From: Octopus vulgaris
Taxonomy: Eukaryota
Assembly (NCBI GenBank): GCA_951406725.2
Contig: OX597819.1
Location: 44,020,001-44,084,000, forward strand
Reading direction: 5' to 3'
DNA: 64,000 nucleotides
Below are positions 41,443 through 54,714 of this stretch, piece after piece. The translations under genes and the position numbers were made by a program. The notes beneath the pieces were generated by a model. The model was not told the origin of the DNA. It ran no database searches and saw nothing but the letters and a program-made list of their open reading frames with translations. How positions within the stretch are numbered: the stretch's first letter is position 1; every line of letters begins with the position of its first letter.

Positions 41443-42384
41443 AAGTCCTGTGTGGTCCCTAAAATGGCAGTGCTAAGCAACTGACAGCTGCTTTTGATTT
41501 TGCTTTGAAGTTTCGCATTTCAGCTCGACGGTGTTGGCGCCGATGATGTTCGTGGCGGTGGAGGCGAGATGGTGGTGGTGGTGGCGATGGCGGCGGCGGC
41601 GGCGGCGGGTGTAGCGCCGATAGCGGTGTTTAGACCTTGGATTGAGCCGATGGAGCAGACATATAATAAAAAGGCATTCCAGCCATGACCATCATATCTT
41701 CCTAGTATTACTCAGAAATGCATCATTTTTGATATGTCCTCACTTGAAGGCGGCGAGCTGGCAGAGTCGTTAGCATTCCAGGTAAAATGTTTGGCGGCAT
41801 TTCGCCCGTCTTTACGCTCTGGTTTCAAATTCTATCGATGTCGACTTTGCCGTTCATTCTTTCGGCGTCGATATAATAAGTACCAGCTGAGCACCCCAAA
41901 ATTGCTGGCCTTGTGTCAAAATTTGAGTCCAACGTTAATAAAAGATGTCAAACATAGGCGCAGACCAAGTGGTGTGGTTAAAAAGCGCGCTTTGCAACCA
42001 CGTGGTTTTGGGTTCAGTTTCATTATGCGGCACTTTGGGCAAGTGTCTTCTACTATAGACTCCGGTCGATCAATGACGCGAAAGAGAATTTGGTTGATGG
42101 AAACTCTGTAGAAACCCACCATATATGTGTATATGCGTATGTGTGTATGAGTGTATGTGTTAGTCACTCCAACCGCTGCTTGACAACTGGTATTAGATTG
42201 TGACTCCTAACATAGCGATTCGGCAAGAGAAACGATAGGATAAGTGCCAGACTTAAAAACAACAACGTAACTACTAAAGTCGATTTGTGCAACTAAACCT
42301 CTTCAAGGCGTTGCCCCAGTATGGCTGCCGTTTAATGAGTGCAACAAGTAAAAATTATGAGATAAGAGATTGTATAATACAATA

Positions 42385-42547
42385 GGCGCAGGAGTGGCTC
42401 TGTGGTAAGTAGCTTGCTTACCAACCACATGTTTCCGGGTTCAGTTCCACTACGTGGCACCTTGGGCAAGTGTCTTCTACTATAGCCTCGGGCCGACCAA
42501 AGCCTTGTGAGTAGATTTGGTAGACGGAAACTGAAAGAAGCCCGTCG

Positions 42548-42586
<39 letters not shown>

Positions 42587-42795
42587 TTGTGTGTCTGTTT
42601 TTGTTCCCCCAACATCGCTTGACAACCGATGCTGGTGTGTTTACATCCCCGTAACTTAGCGGTTCGGCAAAAGAAACCGATAGGATAAGTACTAGGCTTA
42701 GAAAGAATAGGTCGTGGGGTCGATGTGCTCGACTAAAGGCGGTGCTCCAGCATGGCCACAGTCACATGACTGAAACAATCAAAAGAGTAAAAGAA
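42385..42795 (+). mobile_element. SINE family A, full length (an older copy lies upstream at 41956-42350)
   Basis: Matches other family A copies. Confidence 0.92.
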
Positions 42796-43482
42796 TACAC
42801 TGCCATTTTGTGAGACGCTCCCTCCATTGTGCCATTCATCTCTCTCAATATTAATAAAGGATATCGAACATAGTATAAAGCCATACAGTGTCGGCTGGTA
42901 TTTTATTTACAAACATCAGAAAGATGATAAATAATAATCGTCCCCAGTAGAATTTGGACTTAAAATGTGAAGAAATATTGAAATACCATACATTTACTGC
43001 AACGGCCCGGTTAAAGTCTCCGTTTGGTTTGTTTAGTTGTAAGGAAAAGTATTAAATATTCATTTTTTTACACGACGCGTTTCGTAGCATTACTCTTCTA
43101 CTCTTTTATTTGTTTCAGTCATTTGACTGCGACCATGCTGGAGCACTGCCTTTAGTCGAACAAATCGACCCCAGAACTTATTCTTTGTAAGCCTAGTACT
43201 TATTCTATCGCTAGGTTACGGGGACGTAGACACATTAACATACTGGTGTCGATTTAATCGGCTGCTCGTCTACCACAAAATTTACAACTATTTACCAAAT
43301 TAGAAATCTTAATTTTTGTCCGTTTGTTCGGTAAGATAGGCCTGGAACATATTTTTTGCAGTACCCACACCTTCGACTCGTAAGGGAGGAAGTGATTGAA
43401 GTGTGTTGATGAGCAACAACATTGTGAAGTGATTTATTGGGTAATTTTAATCTCCAGTTAAATATCTTTCAATTTACTTACT

Positions 43483-43790
43483 TCGTGGCTTAATGGTTAG
43501 GGGCATGCAGCTCAGGTCGTGAGTTCAATTCCCGGCGGCGGGTTGTTTCCTTGAGCAAAACACTTTATTTCACGTTGCTCCAGTCCACTCAGCTGGCAAA
43601 AATGAGTAGTACCTGTATTTCAAAGTGTCAGCCTTGTCACACTCAGTGTAACGTTGAATCTCCCTGAGAACTACGTTAAGTGTACACGTGTTTGTGGAGT
43701 GCTCAGTCATTTGCACGCTAATTTCACGAGCAAGCTGTTCCGTTGATCGAATCAGCTGGGACTATCGTCGTCGCAACCGACGGAGTGCTC
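43483..43790 (+). mobile_element. tRNA-derived CORE-type SINE (family C variant)
   Basis: TGGCTTAATGGTTAG A-box, GAGTTCAATTCC B-box, CTTGAGCAAAACACTTTATTTCACGTTGCTCCAGT core. Decayed relatives at ~375-640 and ~2170-2500. Confidence 0.8.
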
Positions 43791-43969
43791 CTACCTAGAA
43801 AGAAAAAAAAAAGTGATACAACTTAGAGTCATGGCCAAAAGTTTGAAACATAGGTCTGAAAACTAGAATTTTTATATTAAATGCCCAAAGTTATATTTCA
43901 TTTGCAATATATTATTACTTGGCCAAAGGTTTGAAACATAGGTCTAAAACTTTAGATTTTTATATTAAA

Positions 43970-44255
43970 CTAGCACTATGACCCGGCAACGCTGCGTGCG
44001 TGCGCACATACACGCGAGTACTGTCCAAATCTCCGACCAATCACATACAGCTATTAAGTTTCGGGCATTTTGATTGGGTTTTGATTGGGTCTCTTCTATT
44101 GATTTTTTAATGGCTTTGCGGGGTGACTGGGGAAATGTAAAGATGTGCACGACCACCCTTGGATGGTTTTGAGTGACCATAGAAAGTGCGAGCCCTCTAA
44201 CTGAAAAATTGTGGATTTGTATAAAGGACACGCACACAGACATATATATAGAGAG
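43970..44255 (-). mobile_element. Non-autonomous Helitron-like element
   Basis: Minus strand starts TCTCTATATATA and ends with a GC-rich subterminal tract (GCGTTGCCGGG) followed by CTAG|T. Confidence 0.5.
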
Positions 44256-44496
44256 ATGTCGAGGTATATTCGTTGTATATATTTGAATCGAATTGTACTT
44301 GGGCATAATTTTAATTTTTTTAAAAAGTTCCAAACTAATAGATGAGCGAAGGAGTAGTGTCAAGCAGTTAGTGTTTGGCTAATGTGATACGATTCTGGAA
44401 CCAGCCAGTGCATTGTGTTTGATCTGGAATCTTGTCACCTCGGTCACTCAAGCATCATGGAAACCAGGATAATTTCCTGCATAATGCGCCCAGACT

Positions 44497-44731
44497 TACT
44501 CTTTACTCTTTTACTTGTTTCAGTCATGTGACTGTGGCCATGCTGGAGCACCGCCTTTAGTCGAGCAATAAGATCCCAGGACTTATTCTTTGTAAGCCTA
44601 GTACTTATTCTATCGGTGTGCATTGTCGAACCGCTAAGTTACGGGGACGCAAACACACCAGCATCGGTTGTCAAGCGATGCTGGGGGACAAACACAGACA
44701 CACAAACATATACACACACATACATACATAT

Positions 44732-44815
<84 letters not shown>

Positions 44816-45006
44816 GTATGTATGTATATATATACATATATACGACGGACTTCTTTCAGTTTCCGTCTACCAAATCTATTCACAAGGCTTTGGTCGGCCC
44901 GAGGCTATAGTAGAAGACACTCGCCCAAGGTGTCACGCAGTGGGACTGAACCCGGAACCATGTAGTTGGTAAGCAAGCTACTTACCACACAACCACACCT
45001 ACGCCT
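44497..45006 (-). mobile_element. SINE family A with expanded internal (TA)n
   Basis: Reverse-complement match. Confidence 0.92.
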
Positions 45007-46144
45007 ATGACTTGATTAACAGAAGTCGATTTTATCCATATTTCAAAGCCAAACCAACAGCAAACACTAATTTCAGCTGAAGATCTTTATACCTTACAGT
45101 TTTGATGACGTTACCCTCGTTTCTAGCAATGGTCAGGTGTTACTTTAACATATATAATGACCTGTAGTAATCACGGTTGAAGATATTAAATGTGCAAGCA
45201 AGATTGTGCGAGTATAAGAGGCTCAGGCATAGCCGTGTGGTTAAGAAATTTGCTTCGCAGCCACGTGGTTTTGAGTTTAGTCCCACTGCACGGCACCAGG
45301 CTGATCAACCTCTGTGAATGGATTTAGTATATGCATAAACTTTGTGGTCGTTCGTCGTATATGTGTACGTTTGTTTGTCTTCGTCTGTCACTGGACCACT
45401 TGAAAACCGGTTTCGGGTTATTTACGTCAGTGTGATCTAGCGGTTTGGCTTAGCAGATCGATAAAATAAGCATCAAACTTAAAATATGCAGTAGGGGTGA
45501 TTTGCTCGACTAACTCAACAAGGCAGTGCTCCAGCATGGCTGGAGCCAATGACTGAAACAAGAGAAAGAGCAAAAGAGTTGTGTATGCAAAAAGGAAGAC
45601 AATGAGAGAGAGGGAAGAAGAGAGAGAGATAAAGTAAGAGAGAGTGAATATGACAGGTGAGAGGGGGAAGGGAGGGAATGGGAGTGAGAGAGAGAGTAAG
45701 GGAGAGAGGGGAAAAGAGTCAGAAAGTATGAGAGAGTAAAAGTGAGAGACTGTGAGAATAGGATGTATGCAAAAATACAAGATAACATTGTGTGATCTCA
45801 CGCCTGGTTACCAAAGTGTGATGAAATGCATTGCTAAAAAAAGCCATAATTTCACCGGAAAATTTACCCTCAGCAAACAAAAATCCCACCAAAAAGAAAA
45901 AAAAAAAACCTCCTCCAAAAACAAAAACAAAATTAGAGAAGACAAGCAAAAATATAAGCGCCAACACCAGTCACCCTAGAATTTATAACATTTATTTTAT
46001 CCAATCACTGATATTATTTGCCGTGTATGATTAATTTCTTTCGAGGAAGTAAAAGTGATGTTTAATGTTGATCGAAGCTAGGCATGTCATGTCTTTATTC
46101 TATTAAAACATGTTTATAACATCGCAACCGATACCGTCAAGTTC

Positions 46145-46162
46145 ATCACCGCCACCACCACC

Positions 46163-46193
<31 letters not shown>

Positions 46194-46213
46194 CCACCAC
46201 CAACACCACCACC

Positions 46214-46245
<32 letters not shown>

Positions 46246-46720
46246 CCAACACCAACACCACCACCACCACCACCACCACCACCAACGTCGCCACCAACAC
46301 CACCACCACCACCGCCGCCACCACCACCACCACTACTAATACCAACATTACCACCTACGCCACCATCATCACCATCATCGCTACCTCTACCATCTCCACC
46401 AGAACCATCACCATCACCGTCACCACGACAGCCTCTACCACCACAACAACCACTACAAGGCCCTCACCGCCGGCGCCGCCATCACCACTACTACTACTAC
46501 TACTACGATTATCGTTACTACTATCCCCTCCTTTATCATCACCACGAGCACCACTACCTTCTCTACCGGCAGCACCAGCACAACGACGACTACGACGACC
46601 ACCACTACTACCACTACTACCACCACTACCATCGCTGCCACCACCACCACCACCACTACCACTACTACCATTATCTCTACTACTATCATAACCCTATCAT
46701 CACCCCCCACCCCCACCACC
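46145..46720. repeat. (CAC)n/(CAA)n/(CTA)n compound trinucleotide repeat
   Basis: Visible directly; explains the Pro/Thr-rich ORF 46110-46691. Confidence 0.95.
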
Positions 46721-46849
46721 AACAGCAACAGGAACAGGAAAGCAACACAAGAAGCACAAATAGCAGCATCAGTAACAACAGCAACATGAGTATCTTGCAA
46801 GAAGAAAAACAAAGAGAAAAACGAACCAGCGAGGCGGTCCTACATGGCA

Positions 46850-47035
46850 GCTCCAAGTGTTAGAAATAGCAGCCAAATCTCTCACTGTTCACACTTTACT
46901 ATCTCAAAACAATACGAATATGTTGGATAATGTGGTCCTAGATGCCTGACAATTAGGAGAGTGGGCACAGATGGTCATAACTGGAAACATCTTCGATCAT
47001 AGATCCGTTTGATCAAGGTTGAACTGGGATTAAAG
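46850..47035 (+). repeat. Unclassified interspersed repeat D
   Basis: tagaaatagcagccaaatctc...gatggtcata(a/g)ctggaa...gatcaaggttga block, with related copies at ~4610-4680, 24630-24805 and 37610-37780. Confidence 0.6.
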
Positions 47036-47064
47036 AATAGGAGCAAATACTAAAAATATTAATA

Positions 47065-47515
47065 ATCCTTCAAATTTTTAACAAGGCCAGCAATTTCGGG
47101 GAAGCGGGGTAAGTCGATTATATCATCTCCAGTACTCAATCGGGACTTATTTTATCGACCCCCAAAAGGACGAAGGACGAAGTCGACTTGGACAGAATTT
47201 AAACTTAGAACGTGTAGACGGACGAAATGCCGCTAAGCATTTTGTCCGATGTGCTAACGATTTTGTCAGTTCGCCGCCCTAATAATGATAATAATAATAA
47301 TCCTTTCTACTAAAGGCACAAGGTTTGAAATTTGGGGAAGAAGACTAGTCGATTACATCGACTCCAGTGTTCAACTGGTACTTAATTTATCGACCTCAAA
47401 AGGATGAAAGGCAAAGCTGACCTCGGCAGAATTTGAACTCAGAACCTACCGACGGGAGCAAAATGCCGCTAAGCATTTCGTCCAGCGTGCTAACGATTGT
47501 GCCAGCTCCCCGCCT
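47065..47515 (-). mobile_element. Two tandem family B SINEs
   Basis: Reverse-complement matches separated by (TAA)n. Confidence 0.88.
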
Positions 47516-47528
47516 TAATAATAATAAC

Positions 47529-47591
<63 letters not shown>

Positions 47592-47594
<3 letters not shown>

Positions 47595-47912
47595 GATGCT
47601 GTACCAGGCAGTGGCTCTCGTGGCTTCTGATCTTAACTGATTGGAAGTGTTATCATGTACATTGTTTTGTCTTGGTATAAAAGATGGGTTACAGCAAATA
47701 TTCTGCTCAATACCACAGATTTGCTTGTCAATTGTTTGACCTTGACCAGTTGAGCATGTTCCTTGGTGGCTGACGATATGTGCATCTCTGATCACGAGCA
47801 GAAGTAGTGGGGGAGCATCGTAGCCGTGTGTTGAAAGGAATTCTTAGAGGTTTGGATAATTCACCTTTTGAAACATGGGTGTTTCATTCAACAACCATAA
47901 ACAACCCTTATT
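47592..47912 (+). mobile_element. Repeat X, 5' portion
   Basis: Reverse complement of ~14540-14745 extended 5'; begins directly after (TAA)n. Confidence 0.75.
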
Positions 47913-48206
47913 TCGGGAGTGGGGACAGTCGATTACATCGACCTTAGAGCTCAACTGGTACTTATTTTATGGATCCCGTAGAGCTGAAAGGCAAAATCGA
48001 TCTCGGCGGAATGTGTACAGAACTCAACTGGTACTTATTTTATCGAACCCGTAGAGCTGAAAGGCAAAGTCTATCTCGGCGGAATGTGTACATTCTCAGT
48101 ACACATTCCGCCGAGATCGACTTTGCCTTTCAGCTCTACGGGATCGATAAAATAAGTACCAGTTGAGCTCTAAGGTCGATGTAATCCACTGTCCCCACTC
48201 CCGAAA
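47911..48206. repeat. Near-perfect inverted duplication of a family B SINE segment with an extra direct partial copy
   Basis: 47911-48018 is complementary to 48099-48206 with ~3 mismatches; 48023-48091 repeats ~47950-48018 directly. Confidence 0.92.
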
Positions 48207-48252
48207 TTTCTGGCCTCGTTCCAAAATCTGAAAACATTATTATTATTATTAC

Positions 48253-48294
<42 letters not shown>

Positions 48295-48479
48295 GGGGTA
48301 AAACATACGAAGCCCAGTATGCCCATCATGACTACCAGTCTGATAAGGATGCACTATATATATCCACACTCATATTTTGAGTTTTTGAGTTGTATTTCTC
48401 CTTCTTGTATTACCAGACCTATATACATAAACGTTTACAAATGTACGTGCGTATGTGTGCGCGCGATGTATACGTATGC

Positions 48480-48510
<31 letters not shown>

Positions 48511-48704
48511 TATAAATAATTCAAAAATAGGATAAAATCTTTATAAGTAATTATCAAATAGTCAGCGTGAAAAACCTCATAAGGGAAAAAATTATTAATT
48601 ATTCCCTTTAAATATATTTATTTATATTAAGGGCATTACTCTACATAAATGCCTCACGCTAGGAGGGACTCTTAAACTACCATAATACACACACACACAC
48701 ACAC

Positions 48705-48740
<36 letters not shown>

Positions 48741-48954
48741 CTATATATAGACATACATACATGAGCATGGATATAAGCACGTGTACGTGTATGTATACAT
48801 GTGCTGCACGTATTTGTACGTAAGTGAATAATCTCCGCAAACAACATCATGCCATACAAAGTACCAACCCAATTTGGGTATAATTGCAAAACCCTGTTGC
48901 CATTATCACGTTCAACAGCCTGCCACTGTAACAACTGTTAAGTAAACAAGCAAC

Positions 48955-49123
<169 letters not shown>

Positions 49124-50051
49124 TTATAATAATGATTTCATTTATTTGCCACAAGGGCGAAGGATGTCGGGGTGACCGTTATATACACACGCACAGAAAT
49201 GCCTTTGTGTATGCGTACACGTAGTCACAGAGGTGAACATTCGACACGCAAACACACACACACACACACACACGTACACACATGCACAACGTTGTCCATC
49301 ACAGAGACCGCCTGGACAATTTTCTCACCACATCATTCTCCACTCCACAGGCGTCCAGCACCACACCGCTCCATATTAAGCCACGCCAATGTCATACCAT
49401 ACGATACCATACCCATACCATGCTATACTACTCCAGGCCGCCACACCACACCACGCCAAACCCACACCGTCCTGCCATGGACCGGATCCTGTAGGCTATT
49501 TGAGAAATAATATAAATGTCAATCTGGTTATAAAACAGTTGGTAATGAGAGACGCCTTGAGACGAGATGAGATGTGTCCGAAGGGTGTGGCGGTGGCGGT
49601 GGCGAGAGGTTGGGTATATAAATGGAGGGGGAGGACATTAATACAGATGATGATGATGATGATGATGATGACGACGACGATCTTGATGGTGGTAGCGGTT
49701 TTGGTGGTGCTGGCTGCGATGGTGATAGTCCGAACGGCAACAGAGACGAAGAAGGTTGTCGTAGTGGTGGTGGCCGTGGTGCCGGTGCTGATGGTCGTGG
49801 CAGCGGTGGTGTTGGCGTTGGTTGGTGACTTTTGAGGTTTAATCATCATCATGAACGTCATCATCATCATCGTCATCATCGTCGTCTTCATAGTCATCAT
49901 CGTCGTCATCATCATCGTCATCATCATCATCATCATCATCATCATCACTATCGACTTCATAGTCATCATCGTCGTCGTCGTCGTCGTCATCATCATCATC
50001 ATCATCATCATCATCGTCGTCATCATCATCATCATCATCATCATCGTCATC

Positions 50052-50480
50052 AAGGTGGCGAGCTCGTGGAATCGCTCCTTCGCCGAAATAAATGCTTAGC
50101 GGCGTTTTGTCTGGCTTTACGTTCAGATCTCAGATGGCACCGGGATCAGCATTACTTTCATCCTATCGGGGTCGATAAACTAAGTCCCAGTGAAACACTG
50201 GGGTCCATGTAATCAACTAGTCTCCCTTCCCCAAAATTTCAGGCCATGTGCCTGTAATAGAAAGGATTTCTATTATTATTTGACAGAATCGTTAGCACAC
50301 CGGACGAAATGCTTAGCGGCATTTCGTCCGCCTTTACGTCCTGAATTCAAATTCTACCGAGGTCGACTTTGCCATTCATCCTTGTAGGGTTGATGAATTA
50401 AGTAACAGTGAGACACTGGAGTCTATGTAATCGACTAAGCCCCTCACCACAAGTTTCAGGCCTTGTGCCTATAGTTAAAA
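50052..50480 (+). mobile_element. Two tandem family B SINEs
   Basis: Match the family B pattern. Confidence 0.85.
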
Positions 50481-50527
50481 GAATCCTCCTCCTCCTTCTT
50501 CTTCTATTGCTGCAGTTATTATTAAAA

Positions 50528-50591
<64 letters not shown>

Positions 50592-50614
50592 CATCATCAT
50601 CATCATCATCATCA

Positions 50615-51070
50615 TTATTGTCCTTGCATAGCTTCTATCGCTGGAAATGTACTACGGTGTCAGCTGTTCAATACCAGTAAACTATGGTTACACCCCTTAT
50701 TTTTCGAGGACCATTCGGAGTATTCGAGCGGTTCCAAGTAGAGCTGTTTTCTGCAAGTCCTCGACGGTCATTGCAGTCCCTATTTGTTCCATGCACTTCT
50801 CAAGAATTTTTCTCATTGTTCCCAGAGCTCCGACAATTATTGGTACTACTACCACATTTTTCAGCGACCACAACTGCTTAACTTCCCAAGCTAACCTGTC
50901 ATATCTATCGACTTTTCTTTCTTCCTTATTGCATACATCGTTGTAGGTGGGCATGTTACATCTACGACCCAGCATTGTTTGCTTTCCTTCTCAATTAACA
51001 CTATGTCTGGTTTCCTATTCTCTATCTCAAGGGCGGACTGAATCATAAAACCCCATAGGATCTTTGCCAC
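50615..51070 (-). mobile_element. 5'-truncated R4/Dong-like LINE, RLE endonuclease domain plus 3'UTR
   Basis: AKILWGFMIQSALEIENRKPDIVLIEKESKQCWVVDVTCP [frameshift] KEERKVDRYDRLAWEVKQLW...VVVVPIIVGALG...LQKTALLGTARILR; tail runs into (GAT)n(AAT)n. Confidence 0.9.
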
Positions 51071-51319
51071 GCCACTAAGTGACACTGGGGTACAAATGTA
51101 CGAAGTCTAAAACACCCATCATGACTATCGTCTGATAAGGGTATGAGTCACAAAGAAATGCATTTATATATGCGTACACGCATGTGTACATGGTGACCTC
51201 AACCTTGCGGGTGGGGCGTAGTTAGAATTTTCTTTAGGTCCCGTAGCAAATCCTACCCAAAGGGTCCCAGAGTAAGAGTTGTTTAAAGCTGAAGAACAAA
51301 ACACCAATTTGTCTAGGGG

Positions 51320-51625
51320 TGCAGTATCCGAGTCCCACTGTGTGGCACCTTGGGCCGACCAAAGCCTTGTGTGTGGATTCGGTAGACGGAAACTGAAAGA
51401 AGTCCGTCGTATATATACATGTATATGTCTGTGTTTGTCACCCCCCGCCCCACCATCGCTTGAAACCAATGTTGGTGTATTTACTTCACCGTAAACTAGC
51501 GGTTCGGCAAAAGAGACCGATAAAATAAGTACTTGGCTTACAAAGAATAAATCCTGAGGTCGATTTGTTCGACTAAAGGCGGTGCTCCAGCATGGCTGCA
51601 GTTACCTCACTGAAACAAATAAAAT
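51320..51625 (+). mobile_element. SINE family A (5'-damaged); older copy at ~51990-52400
   Basis: Matches other family A copies. Confidence 0.85.
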
Positions 51626-53162
51626 AGATAAATAAATAAATGCATTGAAATATCAAGATTTAATCCTAGTCTGTCACAAAAGCTATGGAAATAATCCTAT
51701 TGGTTATATGGAAGAGGTAAAGAATTACCCGGATAAAAATCTAATCACATTCATCGCCCGGCTTAATACCACACCTGGACCATGACTGCTTTTAGATGAG
51801 ACCATTCTGTTGCAAGCATTTGATCCTAGTCACCTGTCAGAAGAAAATTTCCTTCTCCCCACCCATTAGTCTCCGGGAAGAAAGGCAACGTCCACGACAC
51901 TGAAAATGTTTATGAGTGTTACCTGATTTCCTCCGAATAAATCAGGTAAAAAAATTAAAATAAAATAAAATAACTAGACTATACACACACGTGGATATGG
52001 ATGCATAAGAATTCCGCTTTATATCCACATAGTTTCGTTTTCTGTTGCACTACACGGAAACTTGGGGAAAATGTATTTTACTATAGCAAGAGACCGACCA
52101 ATGCCTTGTGAGTGAATTTAGTAGATGGAAACCAAAAGGAAGCATGTTTTGTGTGCGTCTGTGTTTTGTATACGTATGTAGATTTGTGTGTGCACGTGTT
52201 TGTGTCTCATCGCTTCGAACCCCGTGTGGATTTGATCTGGTGCTTTCGTATCCTTAATTTTATGGTTCGGTTAAAAACGAGACCGACAAAAGAAGTGCCA
52301 GATTCTAAAAACAAGTCCTGAGATGAATGTGATAGATTGAAAACTTTCGAAACTGTGCCCCAGCATGGCCGCAATGCAATGACTGAAGCAAGTAAAAAAA
52401 ATTAAAAGAATATATCACAGCTGAACAATTTCGACAAGAGGCATATCTCGTTGCCCTCAAAATAGCTGCCCTTCACCGCCGCCAAAACCCACCACCAAGA
52501 AGAAATTGTTACTGTAACTCCTGTAATGTCAGGCAATTTTCTGAAGACTTCTAAAACCATCCAAATACTTCCGTAAAAAAGAGACATAAAAATGTAAACA
52601 AACCGCCATCTCCACCGCTATCATCATCACCATCATTCAACGCTCATCTACTCTTGTATAAATCTAATCTGACAGATATGACTGTAGAATATATACAACG
52701 TAAAAACAATTTGCAATCACAGTTTGAAGATAATTTTTCCAAATTCTTGAAACTGTCTTTAAACAACAAGCATGATTTATTTGTTTATTTATCTTTGGCC
52801 GATAGTCAGAAATAAAACAACCATCTAATGTCGAAAGTTATTGAGGACATCACTACGCATAAAATAGAAGTATAATAATAAGAATTGGACTGTTAACACT
52901 CTAAAACTGATTCTTAACTTATTCTATGCCCCGCAACCCGAGGAATTGTTGATTGATTTTCGCAACACCCCTATAAATGTAATGCGATATTTAAAGATGA
53001 AAAAGACAATTTTCTAATCAGTATTTTTTAAAAATCGATCTACATGCAATACTGTTGAATGGGAAAAGTCTTGACATGCTTAAAAGAATAAAGTAATTTT
53101 TATGAGATAGTAAATAATTTTGTTCTGAGAAACGATTTTAAGCCCTTTAGTGGGGAAAAGCG

Positions 53163-53447
53163 TGGAGTCGCAATGGCCCAGTGGTTAGGGCAGCGGATTC
53201 GCGGTCGGAGGATTGCGGTTTCGATTCCTAGACCGGGCGTTGTGTGTGTGTATTGAACGAAAACACCTAAAGCTCCACGAGGCTCCAGCAGGGGGTGATG
53301 GCAACCCCTGTTGTACTCTTTCGCCCCAACATTCTCTCACTCTTTCTTCCCGTTTCTTGGGTAACGCTGCGATGGACAGGCGTCCCGTCCATCTGGGGGG
53401 AACATATACCCCACAGAAACCGGGAAACCGGCTCGAAAAGGGCTCAT
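53163..53447 (+). mobile_element. tRNA(Arg)-like SINE
   Basis: TGGCCCAGTGGTTAGGGCAGCGGATTCGCGGTC...GTTTCGATTCC head; 3' block CTGCGATGGACAGGCGTCCCGTCCA; (TAAA)n tail. Confidence 0.75.
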
Positions 53448-54714
53448 AAATAAATAAACTGCGGAAAAGCAGTTTTATCTACCAATCTATCTTTTGTTGG
53501 GAAACTAATTTTTGTTGAAATATGTCAAGTTTGTTGAGACTTAACTCTCAGAAAATACCAATTCGATTTTTTAGTAGATTTTTAATATCATTACTGCAAT
53601 AACCATCAACACAACCGTTCACATCAAAAACCTAGCAAACTAAGTGCAAAAATGAAACATGAAATTTATTTTCGTAGTTAAAAGATTAATAAAGTATACA
53701 CTGCTCTTTTTTGTCGCACTCCCAGGGATTTCGGACACTCCAGGTTGCGAATTTCGGCTCTAAAGCGACACTAGAGAGATACCTCATAGAAGTGGCAATG
53801 TGGAGGTTGCCCAACGTATGGTACCAAAGTGGATAACAAGAGGTAAAGAAAATATCACTAAACTACTTCAGAGAATAAGACATTTAGTCAATTAGATAAG
53901 CTTTTAGGGTGGACCATAAATTTACAACTCATTACACAGAAACCAACTCTCTCTCTTTCTCTCTCTCCCTCTCTCTTTCTATCTCTCTCTCTTTCTCTCT
54001 CTCTCTCACCTTCTCTCTTGGAACAATCTATAATCACAAACACGAAATTCTATCTGCCCCCCTCCCCAACCCGTCCGGGACCCCTGTATCTCAGTCTAAA
54101 TTTGCTCTACATAGACATACCTTTTTGGAATCAGGATGAACTCCAGATTGAAAATCTACCCTTCATTCGGTTCTTGAACATCCAACATTGGAATCAGGTC
54201 TGGATATAGATTTGTTATGTACTAACAGTTGAAAATTCAAATTTTAAAAGTACTCTAAAAATTTGTGAACTTACAAGTTTTTCACTGAAACTGAAATTGA
54301 AGCAATAACGTATTGGTAGGGCCATACCATGTTTGTAGAGGACCAACAAATGCTTTATCATTATTGTTCTCTTTAGGTTTGGACCACAGGCCCAATTAAC
54401 CCTCCGCAGGAGCTAGCTTAAAAGTCGGTACTGAATGTAGCTTTTAAGCTAGTTGTAAAATATAATGAAATTTTATATTTCGTACATTTGAGAGGAATCT
54501 AATAACTTTAAAGCATGAACTCAGAGCATTAATTGAGAAACCCTTTTAACAAAATCAGCATTAATGAACAAGCACCAAACGCAAGTACACGCCTATAATC
54601 TGTATGCTGAAAGACGAAAGATAAAACATTTCACTGTATTGCTCCCCTTCTCAAGATCATATATTATTTTTACTTCAGATCTAGAAAGAAAATATAGATT
54701 TCAGCCACAATATA

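Noticed and set aside
47592-47660. Possible HDV-like ribozyme at the 5' end of repeat X
   Set aside because: Only a weak P3/L3-like hairpin was found; P1 and P2 could not be assigned by eye.
54413-54452. CTAGCTTAAAAG/CTTTTAAGCTAG hairpin
   Set aside because: The stem of 12-15 bp is too short for a pre-miRNA and there is no other support.
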